A stretch of 47,336 bases of DNA from Gemmataceae bacterium (GTDB lineage Bacteria > Planctomycetota > Planctomycetia > Gemmatales > Gemmataceae). This document shows, in pieces, positions 27,333-40,200 of this stretch; within the stretch, counting starts at the first letter, position 1, and each line of letters begins with the position of its first letter. The stretch spans positions 1 through 47,336 of the forward strand of contig DATFWZ010000733.1 in the NCBI GenBank assembly GCA_035258765.1, written 5' to 3'. The notes beneath the pieces were generated by a model. That model had not been told where the DNA came from, searched no databases, and saw nothing but the letters and a program-made list of their open reading frames with translations. A program made the position numbers and the translations under genes.

Positions 27333-28216
27333 CGGCGAGGTCCGGTCTCGTCGGGGTGCGGTGTCAAGGTGTGCCGAGGCGAGGAGAGTTCGCGCGTCGG
27401 CCTCCCGGGCCTAAGGGTGGGGGCTATCTTTACCGTCCGGGTGTGAGGATTATGTGTCGGCCGAAGGGAGTTTTCCCAAAGACTCGCGGCATGCGTTGTG
27501 GACCAGACCGCCAGTCCGCACGGAACTGCTGGCGCGCCCGCCACTTGCCGGGCCGGGGCGGCCGCCCGCCAAGGCGCGCGGGGACCAATGATTTTCTCGA
27601 CATTACGGTGCGTCAATCGATCAACGAATCTTGATATGTAGTGTCCTCATTGGATACTCGGGGGCGGCCGTGAGTCTCTTCAATTCTTCATCCGCCGGCT
27701 AACTGCCGGTCCGTGGATCGGTTGCGTCCGGCACTCGGTGGCCGGTCGGGGCGAGGCGAAGAATCCATGTCACAGGTTCCACGGGATTACGTTTTTACAC
27801 GGGTAGAGCGGGCGACGTCGGCGGAGAGACCGCCCCCGGTCCGGTGCTCGCGCGCCGGCCCGGGCACACCGCCCATGCGCCCTGACGCGCCGGAGACGGC
27901 ATGTCGAACGGGATTCACACACCGGACACGGATTCTTCCGGTAACCCCCGGGGCAATCTACACCCGACCGTGGCTAAGCTTCCCCGCTGTCGACGTCGCG
28001 AATTCGCCCGGATCGCCCTGCCGCTGTAGTCGGCACCTGAGAACGGACACCAGGCACTCGGCCTCGGGCGCATCCTCCCCTGGGCTACCTGCCTCCTCGC
28101 CGTAACCCCTTGACGCCCCGCCGACCGCGGCGGGCCCGCTATCGGACTGCCTGTGCGCTCGCTGGTCGGACCCAACGGAACAGAGCACCCCTCGCAAGAC
28201 CACACGGAGAGCGGCG

Positions 28217-31200
28217 ATGGCCCGGAAGACCTCGACGAAGCGGCTGGACCGGACGATCAATCGACGGAAGCGGGCGACCCGCGACCGATTCGCCGCCCGG
28301 CGGCCTCGACTCCGATTCGACAACCTGGAAGCCCGCGAGATGCCGGCCGCCTTCAGTCCGGGGAACCTCATCGTCCTTCAGGCCGGCGACAACAACCAAT
28401 ACGCGACGCAGGCTCCGCTCTACCTGAATGAATTGACCCCGGGCGGCAGCTCGGTTCAACAGGCCGCAATCAACAATACCAACGCCGTGGGCGGGACCGG
28501 CAATCAGCCGATCACCATCGACCTGACGGCCGCGGCTGGCAACGGTCAGCTGAACCGCACCTACGACGGGGCCGGACTCGTCTTCGGCGGCGTCGACTCG
28601 GGCGTGAACAACGGCGGGTACACGCCGCCCCAGTCACCCACGGGGAATGCGAACCGCGTGATCGCCGTCGTCGGCAACGACCCCGCGGCTGCCACCTTCG
28701 TCAACACCACGACCTACGGCCCGTTCTACGTCGGCGACGACAACCGCGGCGGGGTTGCCGAGGGCCTGACCGGCCCGGTCTGGGCGTTCGGCCATCCAAA
28801 CCAAGCCGGCGGGGCCGTCTCCCAGGGCGTCCTCTACTTCCCCGGGCCGAACGGGGACGGATCGCTACAGCCGCCGGGCACGGCCGGCATCACCTCCCAG
28901 AGTGGCGTCCAGGTGTCCGGCCAGACCAACATCCGGGGCGGGTTCATCGGGTTCGACAACCGGGTGTACTGGACGACCGCCGGGTCCACCAGCCTGGGCC
29001 TGGCGGGGGTCTACACGTCTACCGTCAAGGCCCTGCCGACAGACAACTCCCCCGGTAACGACCAGCCGATCGTCAAGGCCCTGTTCGCCGCCTCCAAGGT
29101 GGGCGGGATGTACCTGGCCGACGTTAACGGCGACGGGGTCCTGGACAACGGCGACCGGATCTACCTGAACGACGACGGGACGGTCGGCGGGGCCGGGACC
29201 GGCGGTCTGTACATGGCCGTGTTTGACACGACCCGGTGGGGGACTCCGGTGACGGGCCAGGCTGCCGGCTGGAGCCCGATGGTCCGGATCGCCGAAGGCG
29301 TAATCGACGCCCAGCCGACCCCGCAGAATACCGCCCAGCTTCGCGGCCTGGCCGGCACCGTCCTGGCCAACAGCAGCGTCCAGTTGTACGCCAGCGAGTT
29401 TGACAACGTCGCCGGAAACAACAGCTACGTGCTTGGCTGGAACGACGCCACCGGCGGCGTCTTCCGGGTCCAAAGCGCTTCGATCAGCGGCACGACTGCG
29501 ACCATTACCCTGTCCGAAGCTGTCCCGGCCGCGATCCGCGGTACGACCACCTGGCTGTCGGTCAACTCGGTCGGCAGTGGCAGCGGCACCTTCCCCACCG
29601 CCGGCGGCTACAACGGCGTCTGGAACGCCACGGTCAGCGCCGACGGTCTCAGCTTCACGTACACGAACACCAACCCAGGCCTGACCAATCTGAGTGGCAG
29701 CGCCATCGGGAACGGGACGGTCGGCCAGTGGCTCAACACCGGTGCGGTCGGCGGGGTGCTCGACCCGCAACCGGTGCCCGCGGCCTCCCAGATCATCCAG
29801 ACATTGGCCGACGGCACCTTGGCGGCGAACCCGGCCAAGGCCCAGAAGGCTCTCCGCGGTGTGGCCTTCGCCCCGGTCGCGGCCACGACGCTAAGCAGCC
29901 TCGCCGTGGATGGCCTGACGTCGGAGACTGTCCCCCCCAATACCTCAGTTACTTTCAGCGTGCACGTGGCGAACCCCCAGGCGGGGGTGACTCTGACCGG
30001 CCTCAAGGTCACTTTTGTCGACGTGACCACAAACACCGCGCTCGGCCAGGGGACGATCAACGCCAGCGGGGACGCGTCGCTGGCAATCCCGGTGGTCGGT
30101 CAGCACATCGTCAAGGCGTACTTTGCCGGCGGCGGGGCTCAGGCTCTCGCCCCGGTCACGACAGCTTCGACCGTCACCGTGAACGCGTCCGGGGCAACCG
30201 CCTCGTCCACTTCCCTAGCCGTGACCATCGGCGGCGCAGCGACCACCCAGGCCGCCATCGGCCGGGCGGTCACGCTGACCGCCACGGTCACCTCCGGGGC
30301 GACCGGGACCGTCAGCTTCCGCAACGGCACCACCTTGCTCGGCAGCGCGACCATCAGCGCCGGCTCGGCCGTCCTGACCACGTCGTTCTCCGTCGCCGGC
30401 CCGGCCAGCATCACCGCCACGTACAACGGCGACGCCACTTTCGCCACCAGCTCCAGCGGCGCGGCCTCCTTGACGATCGGGAACAACGCCACTGCAGCCA
30501 TCACGACATCGGCGAACAACGTCGCCGTCGGCGCCACCCCGACTTACACCGCGACCCTGACCGGGCCGCTCGGGACCGTGGCCGGGACCGTTCAATTCCT
30601 CCTGGACGGCGTCAACCTGGGCTCGGCCCAGACGCTCAATGGCAGCGGCTCGGCGTCGGTTACCAGCACGGCCCTGACGGCCGGCAGCCACGTCGTCACG
30701 ATCAAGTTCACCCCGGCCGCCACCAGCCCGTATAACGCGTTCAACGTCGATACCGTGACCGCGGCCAACGGGGTGGCCCTGATTGAGACGGCCAGGCAGG
30801 CGCTGACCCCCGGGAATCTGCTCGCCGTCCAGCGGGGCGACGGCACCACCAACCTGGGAAGCTCGGGCTACCTCGTCTTCCTCGACGAATACCGGCCGGA
30901 CGGCACATTGGTCCAGCGGATCGCCCTGCCCAACGCCGATAGCGGCACCACGCACGCCTTGCTGTTGAGCGGTCAGAACGGCGCAGAAGGCCTGCTCCAA
31001 CAGTCCGGTAACGGCCAGTACGTGACCATCGTCGGGTACGACGTGCCGGTTGGCCAGCAGTTTGTCACCTCGACCCAGCCGTACCAGTTCGGCCGCACCA
31101 TTGCCCGCATCGACGCGGCCGGGAACGTCGACACCAGCACCAGCATCACGACCAGCCAGACGGCGATCACGGCCGCGACTTGGGCCGGCGGCGTCGCCAC

Positions 31201-34200
31201 GATCACGGCGGCCAACACCCTCAAGGTGGGCGACCCGGTGACGGTGTCGGGGGTGACGCCGGCGGGCTTCAACGGGACGTTCACGGTCTCCGCGGCCACC
31301 GCGAGCTCGTTCACCTACGCCCTGGCCACCAACCCGGGTGGGGCCGGCACCGCGTTCGGCACGGCCACCGGCCCGTCGGTGCCGTTCAACCCGGAAGACG
31401 TGGTCACCAACGACGGAACTGGGTTCTGGATCGCCAGCAGCACCGGGACGGGCGACACGGTCGACAGCGGCATCCTGTTCGCCCCGCTCGGGGCCTCGAC
31501 GGCCAAGCAGGTGGGCCCGATCAACCACGGGGCCGCGTCAATCGCCATCTATGGGACCGGCGCGAGCGCCCAGCTCGCGGTGGTCAACCGCGGGGCCGGC
31601 GAACTGGGCGTGCCGCAGGGCCTGGCGACTGTGGGCACGGGCTTGCCCCAGACCGGGCTCGGCGTCCAGGCCATCACCACCCTGGTGAACGACGGGACCG
31701 GCACCGTGACCGTGACGCTCGGGGCGGCCCCGAACTTTACGGCCGGAAACCAGGTCGTGATCTCCGGCGCGTCGGTCGCCGCGTACAACGCCGCCTGGCA
31801 GGTGACCGGTGTCAGCGGGAATACGTTCACTTTCTCGGGCGCCCCGGCCGGGGCGGGAAGCGGCACCGGCGGGACCGCGACCGCCAACCAGCTGCTTGCC
31901 AACTTCCCCAACCTGGAGACCGAGTACGAAGCGGTATTCCCGACCGGCCGGCAGCCCGAACAGTTCGTCTTCCTGAACACGAATGACGGCAGCACGAACA
32001 ACCCGAACCTGGCCTACCTGGCCGACCAGGCGTACGGGCTACTCAAGTTCTGGAAAGCCAATGATGGCAACTGGCACCTGGGCCAGCTCGGGTCGCATGC
32101 CTTCGGGCAGAAGCTGGTGTTCGCCGGCGGGGCTACCGGGGTCATAGCGACCATCGTCAACCCGGGCACTCCGCAGGCAAAGGTCAACATCTTCGTCACC
32201 GGGAGTAACGTCCAGCAGGCCAACCCGAACCAGATCGCCGTCTTCCAGGACCAGAATGGGGCCCCGGCGGGCACGTCCGGAACGGGCGTGGACCAGGGCT
32301 TCAGCTCGGGCAATTTCAACACGCTGGCATTCGTCGGCGGCACGCCGGGGCTAGGGACGCCGGCCAGCCCGAACGGGAACATGAACTTCGCCGGGCTGTC
32401 GTTCGTCCCTGGCTTTGTGAGTGGCAACCTGGTGGTGGACCGGGTCGGCACCGGGACGGGCACGCTGTCGAGTAGCGCGACGGCCGGCTTCCTCGACCAG
32501 TACGACCCGACGCAGCCCAACCAGACGGCCACCAAGGGGTCGGTCGCTCTGCCGACCGGCGGCGACGTCTCGACGATCACGGGGGCGACCTGGTCGAACG
32601 GGGTCACCACCATCACCGGTTTCAACGACTACAAGGTCGGCCAGCAGGTGACCGTCTCCGGGGTGACCCCGAGCCTTTACAACGGGACGTTTATCGTCTC
32701 GGGTTTGACCGGCACCACCACTTCGACGATTACCGGGGCCACGTGGGCGAGCGGCCAGGCCACGTTTACCGCGAACAACAGCTACGTGGTCGGCCAGACC
32801 GTCACGGTGACCGGGGTAAATCCGGGCGGCTACAACGGGGCCTGGACGGTGACGTCCGCGACTGCCACGACCTTCACGGTCGCGATGCCGAATAACCCGG
32901 GCACATTTGTGTCCGCCCCGGCAAACGACGCCGTCGGCAGTGCGACCGGGTTCACGTACACGCTGCCGCTCACGGCCGTCGCCACGGCCTCTCGGGCCAC
33001 CGACGCGGTGAATATCACCGCTGCCACCTGGGCGAACACTAACGGCGGCACGGTCACCATCACCGCTGCCAACACGTTCACGGTCGGGCAGACGGTCATC
33101 ATCTCGGGGATCACCCCGACCGGCTACAACGGGACGTTCGTGATCGCGTCCGCAAACGCCACGAGCTTCACCTACCTGCTGCCGACCAACCCCGGCACCG
33201 CCACGGTGACCGGGGCCAAGGCCACCCCCGCGTCTCCGGTCACCAACCTGGCCGACGGGGCAACGTCGACTGCCATCACGGCGGCGAGCACGGCGAGCCA
33301 GACGGCCAACATCGCCTCGGTCAGCAAGGCGGCCGTTGCCGTAAACATCACCGCGGCGAGCTGGTCGGCCGGCAAAGTGACCATCACCGCGGCCAACAGT
33401 TTCGTCGTGGGCCAGGCGGTCACCATCGCTGGCATCACCCCGGCGGGCTTCAACGGCACGTTCACGATTGCAACCGCCACCAGCTCAAGCTTTACGTACA
33501 ACCTGGCGGCGGACCCGGGCACGCCTGTCACCTTTGCGTCCACCGCGACCGCGACGGGATTCACGGCCACCATCACCACCGCCGCCAGCCATAGTTTCAT
33601 CGTCGGCCAGAGCCTGACGATCGCGGGGATCACCCCGGCCGGGTACAACGGGACCTACACGATCGCGTCGGTGCCGTCCGCCACGACGTTCACTTACAAC
33701 TTGCTCGGCGGTGACCCCGGGGCGGGGACTTCGACCGGCACGGCCGCCGGCCTGTTCGCCACGATCTCAGCCAGCACCGGGGTGAACACCGCCCTGGTCG
33801 GGCAGAGCGTAATCGTCGCCAACGTCAACGGGAGCATCAACGGCAACTACAACGGGACCGTCAAGATCACGGCAGCGACGGCCACCACGCTGACGTACGC
33901 CGTCCCCACAGACCCGGGCACGGCCGACCTGACCGCCGGCCCGACCGTCACCTTCAACACGGCGACCGTCACAGCGGCCAACTCGTACGCGGCCGGCAAC
34001 AGCGTCGCCGTCGCCGGCGTCACCGGGGCCACGACGTTCAACGGCGCGTTCCCGGTCGTCTCGGCCAGCCCGACGAGCTTCACTTACTACCTCCCATCGA
34101 ACCCAATCGCGGGCACCAAGTTCGGGGCGGCCAACGTCCTGGGCGCCGTGACGGAAAGCGGGTCGGCGACCGGCGAAGGCTACCTGAGCAACTCGGCCGA

Positions 34201-37200
34201 CGGGCACAGCCTGGTCGTCGCCGGCTACAACCAGACGCCCGGCGGCAGCACGTCGGCCAACAACACCTCGGTCGGCGTAGTCAACCCGGCCGGCGTAATT
34301 GACGTGACCACGCAGATGCCCTCGCAGGGCGGCAGCGTCCGGGCGGTGGCCTCGGCCGACGGCCTGGGGATGTGGGTAGCCACCAACACCGGCATCCGGT
34401 ATGTGCCGTTCGGCAATACCCCGGCTCAGACGGCGATTTCGGCGGCGAGCTGGTCGCCCACCGGTGGCGGGACGGTCACGATCAGCGCGGCCAACAACTT
34501 CGTCGTCGGGCAACTCGTTGCCATCACGGGTGTGACGCCGAGCGGCTACAACGGGGCGGTCACGATCCTGTCGAGGACCGCGACGAGTTTCACGTACGCC
34601 CTCGCCACGAACCCGGGGACCGCGACGAACCTCAGTAGCGCGTTTGTCCAGCCGCTCCCGACCCTGATCACCAACGAGATTGCCTCGGCTCAGGGCCAGG
34701 CGCCCACGGTGGTCGAGATCGGCGCCAGCAACCCGTCCGCCCTGGGAGCCGTCCCGGGCCAGCTGGTCGGCACGGCCGGGGCGCAATTCCAGAACAACGG
34801 CGTTCCGTCGGTGGACGGGCCGTTCTACATCGGCAGCGGCCTCGGCCAGTCCGCCGGGCAGGCGGTCAGCATTCTTGGCACCGGGACGGATCCGAACTGG
34901 CCGGCCGTCCGCGACATATTTAACAACTTCCCGAGCACCAACCAGATCGCCATCAGCCCGAGCGGCAACACCATCGTGGTGGCGGACAGCCGAACCGATA
35001 GCAAGGGCGGTATCCTGGTTTATTTCCAGGCGCTCCAGAATAGTTGGGTCCGGCTGGCCAACCTGCAGCAGGACAACTTCGCCATCACCGCGGCGAGCGA
35101 GCCGGTCACCACGGCCAACATCTCGGCGGTCAGTTTCAACAGCGCGACCATCTCAGCCGCGAACTGGATCAACGGCACCGTGACGATCACGACGTCCGCG
35201 GCCCACGGCTTCGCTGTCGGTCAGAAAGTGATCATCAACGGGTTCACGAACGCCGGTTACAACGGCCAGTTCACCATCGCCTCCGTGCCCAGCTCGACGA
35301 CCTTCACCTACGCGGTCGCCGCGAATCCCGGTACGCCGAGCTTCACCAGCCCGACGGCGACGCTGGCCAACGTGACGGTGACAACGTCGGCCGCTCACAA
35401 CTTCGTCGCGGGCCAGAACGTGACCATCGCCGGGGTGTCGCCGGCGGCGTACGTCGGTACGTTCGCAATCGCGTCCGTGCCGGATTCCACCCACTTCACG
35501 TACGTGCTGACCGCGACGACGAACCCGGGCAGCCCGACGCTGACCAGTGCGACTGCCACGGTCAACTCGTCGGCGACCATTACCACTTCGTCGCCGGTCA
35601 ACTTCACGGTCGGCCAGACGGTGTCGATCTCGGGCGTTGACCTGCCGGCCTACAACACAAATAGCGCTGTCATCACCAGCGTGGCTCCCAGCGGGCTGTC
35701 GTTTACCTACAACCCCGGCTTCAGCAATCTGGCCAGCTCCGGGCCAGGCGTATTCGGTGCTTTTGCCAACGGGCTGGACGGCGGGTTCCGGGCCATCACG
35801 GCCGACTGGAGCAACCCGACTCACCCGGTCCTGTACGCGACCACGACGGCGAGCAGTGGGAACCGGCTCTTCCGGATCCCAATGACGCTGGATGAGACCA
35901 CCGGCACGGCGTCACTGGGCACCCCGGTCCTGCTGGCCACCGCCCCGGCCAACACCGCGTTCCGCGGTGTCGCCTTCGCGCCGACGAACCCCGGGACCAC
36001 CGCGAGCACGACCAGCCTGTCGGTCTCCGGCAGTCCGGGCACTTACGGGGCGGGGGTGAATTTGACAGCGACGGTGACGACCGGCGCCACCGGCTGGGTC
36101 AGCTTCCGGACGACGGGGGGCGTCGAGATCGGGGCCGCCCCGCTCAGCGGCAATACCGCGACGCTGTTCACCACGGCGAATCTGCCGCCCGGTGTCTACA
36201 CCAACGGCATTGTCGCCGTATACACGGGCGACAACACGTTCGCCCCGAGTACGTCGGCGGCGCAGTCGGCGACCATCAACAAGGCGGACACCTCAGTCGG
36301 GCTGGCGTTGACCCCGCCGACTGTCGGAACTGGCCAGACCGAGACGCTCGCGGCAACCGTCACGCCAACGTCAAGCGGTGCCCCGACGGGCACGGTCACC
36401 TTCACCGATACCACGACGAGCACCGTGCTGGGCACGGCCCCCGTGACCCAGGTCATCGTGAATCAGGGTGGCTTCCCGGTGATCACGTTCCAGGCCGTGC
36501 TCGCGACCACGTTTGCGGTCACGGGCAGCCACAGTATCAGTGTTGCGTACAGCGGGGACAGTAACTTCAATAGCAGCACCGGGACGAACACGCTTCAGGT
36601 CGTCCAGTCGACGACGACCACGGTGACGTCTGACAATGCCAACCCGGGCAACAATAATCAGACGCTGAATCTGACGGCCAAGGTGACGGCCTCGAGCGGG
36701 ACCCCGGCAGGTTCGGTCCAGTTCTACGACGGCTCCGTCCCGATCGGGAGCCCGGTAACCCTGAACGTCAGCGGCGTGGCGACGCTCGCGGTCAAGACTG
36801 CCGCCGTCCAGTCGGTGACGATCAAGAGCATCTCGCAATCGACGTCCGCAGGGACGACCACGGTCACGGTCACGACCAACACGACGAACCCGTTCACCGT
36901 CAGCCAGTCGGTGACCATCGAGGGCGTGGCGACCGGCGCCTCGCCCGGGAACCCGGTCCAGGGCGGCTACACGGGCGGCTACAACGGCACGTTCACGGTG
37001 GCCAGCGTCAGCGGGAACCAGTTCACACTGGTGAACAACGCCGCCGCCGGCCTGCCGACCGACACAGTCGGCGGCATGGCGATCGGCCGGGGCGTGTTGA
37101 CTCCCGGCATGCACTCGCTCAGCGCGATCTACAACCCGGGTGCAAACGCCTTCGGCAGCAGCAACGGCATCCACCAGCAGTCTGTACAAACGATCGCCTT

Positions 37201-40200
37201 CGGGGCCAACGATCAGTTCATCGAACGGCTGGGCGACGGCCTGACCGCCCTCAACACCCAGCCCCCGCTGACTTTCAACGGGTCCGTCGGGGCGACCAAC
37301 TTCATCGACGAGTTCACCGCGGCTGGTGTTCTGGTCCAGTCGATCGCGCTGCCCAGTGCCGATTCGCAGAGCTTCGCGATTGCCAGCATCAGCGGGGATG
37401 GGACGACCGTGACGGTGACGACGTCGGCTGCCAACGACCTCGCGACCGGTCAGAAGGTGACCATCGCGGGCGTATCGGGCGGGACCGGCACGTTCAATGG
37501 CGACTTCACAATCACCGTGACCAGTAGCACGACCTTCACCTACTTGGCTTCCGGCAACGGGACCGGGACCGCCACGGGGGCCACGGCCCAGGGGGTAGTC
37601 CACGCGGTGGTCGGCCACGGACAGCAGTCCACCACCGGCCAGGTGACCCTGTCCGGGGACGGGGCATACCTGTTCGTGACCGGGTACGACCAGAACCCGA
37701 ACCCGGCGAGCCCGGGCTATGGCGCGCTCGCGTCGGTGTCGGCCAATACCACTCCGCGGTCGATCGCCCGGATCCGGTTCGACGGCCTGATCGAAACCGA
37801 GGCGTTCACCGCCGGCTCGACCGGAATCGCCACCACCGGCAACTTCAACGCCATCTACAGCCCGGATGGCAGCCGGTTCTATGTCGGCAACGCCGGTACC
37901 GGCAGCATCTACTACTTCTCGTCGTTTAACACGTCCGCCACGCCGCAGGGCAGCAACAGCCTCATCTCGGCGGGCGGTAACTTGTTGAGCACGCCGGGTT
38001 ACAGCGTCATTGGCCTGGAGTCGTACGGCGGCAATCTGTTCGTGATCGGCGGCGGCAGTGGCGCCGGCACCAACTTCCGGGTCGCACAGGTGGGCACCGG
38101 ATTCCCCACGACCAACACGGGGCTGTCCGTCACGCAGCTGCCCGGCATCCCGACCGACACAACAACGCTTGCCCAGCCGATCTTCTTCCCGGTGGACGCC
38201 TACTTCACCCACCTAAACGGCGCCGGCACCGCACTAGACACCATCTACGTTTCCGACAACGGCAGGAACTTCGGCCAGGGGTCGATCACCAAGTGGTCGC
38301 TGGTCGCCGGCAACTGGGTGGAGTCGACGGTCTCGCTGCCGTACTCGAACACCACCGAGCAGCTCGGCTTCTACTATCTGTCCGGCGCCACGAGTGGGAA
38401 TACGGTCACTCTGTACACGAACTACGGCAACGGCGGGAATGCCGACTTCGGGCCGGGCTTCCTGTATTCGATGACCGACGCCTCGGGCTACAACGTCAAC
38501 CCGGGCATCCCGATCTCCGCGGCGAGTTGGTTGGCCGGGACGGTCACCATCACCGCGAACAACAACTACGCCGCCGGGCAGTTCGTGACCATTACCGGCG
38601 TGGCGAATGCAGCCTACAACGGGCGGTTCGTCATCACCTCGGCGAACGCCACCAGCTTCACCTACGCCCTGGCCTCGGACCCGGGTGCGTCCGGCAGCGT
38701 GACTGGGGCCAAGGCCCTGTCGATCAACACGGTGTCCAAGGTGGCCCCCGGCCCGGTCGGCGGGCCGTGGTACGGCAACGAGACGTTCCGCGGCGTTGCG
38801 GCCGCCGCGAAGGCGATCGCCACGACCTCGACCCTGACGCTGAACGGTATCTCGCCGACGACAGCTGGCCTGTCCATCGAGATCGGGTACAACCCGACGG
38901 TCACGGCTCAGGTCACCCCGGCCGGAGGGCCGGTGTCCAACCTGAGCGGGCTGACCGTTCAGATCCTCGATACCAGCAACGGCAACGCCGTGGTCGGCAC
39001 TGGCACCCTGGACGCAACCGGCAAGGCGACGATCACCCTGACGACCGGCACCGGGGCCGGCCAGTTGAACACCGGCAGCCACAACCTGGTCGTCTCGTTC
39101 GCCGCAGCGTCCACGTTCGCCGGCAGCCAGTCGGCCCCCCAGAATCAGGTGATCGACGCCGTCTTCAAGGTCGACACCCTGGTCCAGACGGCCACCGGGT
39201 ACGTGGCCACGTTCAACGCCTTGGTCAACCCCGCCAACCTGAACATTAACGCGGCCACTGCACCGTCGGCCAAGCTCGTGACCGGGTCGACCCCGGTCGG
39301 CGGGTCGGTCGTGTTCGACAGCGTCCCGACCCAGGCGACGTTTGTCGGGACCGGGACGTTCGTCACGGGTGTGCCGCTGGCCAAGACACTGACCGGCGGC
39401 GCCAGCTACACCGCCACCGTGGCCGGGACCGGAACCAACGCCTTCTTCGACACCCTCGGCCACGTCCTGGGGAGCAGCACCAGCACCGGCGGGTCCGATT
39501 TCATCAACACCTTCACTTCCTCGAACAGCACGACGGCCGCGATCGTTAGCGCCCCGTTCCTGGCCCGCGGATTCCACCAGGCGGTTAACCTCCCGGCGAA
39601 CACCTCCAGCGGGCTGCCGATCAGCATCAGCATCCCGGCCGGCGGGTCGGCCGTGACGTCAGCCTCCTTCGACGTCTTCTTCAACACGGCGGACCTGACG
39701 GTGACCGGCGGGTCGATCACGGCCGCGGGGTTCACCGGCACAGTGACCGTCGTCACCCCCGGCCAGGTCCACATCACCCTCAGCGGCGGCAGCCTGGCCG
39801 CCGGCACCACGACGACCGTGGCCAGCCTGACCGCCAGCGTTCCCGACACCGCCCCGTACAAGAACAAGGAGATCCTGGACGTCCGCAACATCTCGATCAA
39901 CGGCGGGACGAACAACGGCCTGGACGGCAGCGCGGTCCACGTCGCGGCCTTCGTCGGCGATACCGACGGGTCGAAGTCCTACACCGCCCAGGACGCGTTC
40001 AACGTCAACCAGGTGGCGGTCGGGACGGCCCCGGGCTTCTCGGCTTACCAGTTGCTCTCCCCGATCATCATCGGCGACACCAACACGGATGGGGCGGTGA
40101 ACGCCCAGGACGCGTTCAACGCCAACCAGGTGGCGGTCGGCAACACGAGTGCGGGCATCCCGGCCCTGCCGACCTTCAACATCACCACCGCGACCGAAGC

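Noticed and set aside
27713-28105. 130-aa ORF in the long intergenic region upstream of the giant gene
   Set aside because: It has Arg/Pro/Ser-rich composition, no SD and no recognisable fold. I treat it as non-coding leader or promoter DNA.
27333-28216. c-di-GMP or other riboswitch, or a tRNA/small RNA gene, in the long intergenic region
   Set aside because: I could not find GEMM-like GGCAAA..GGGACGCAAAGCC elements, a T-loop GGTTCGAATCC or cloverleaf potential by eye. A covariance-model scan would be needed for a firm negative.
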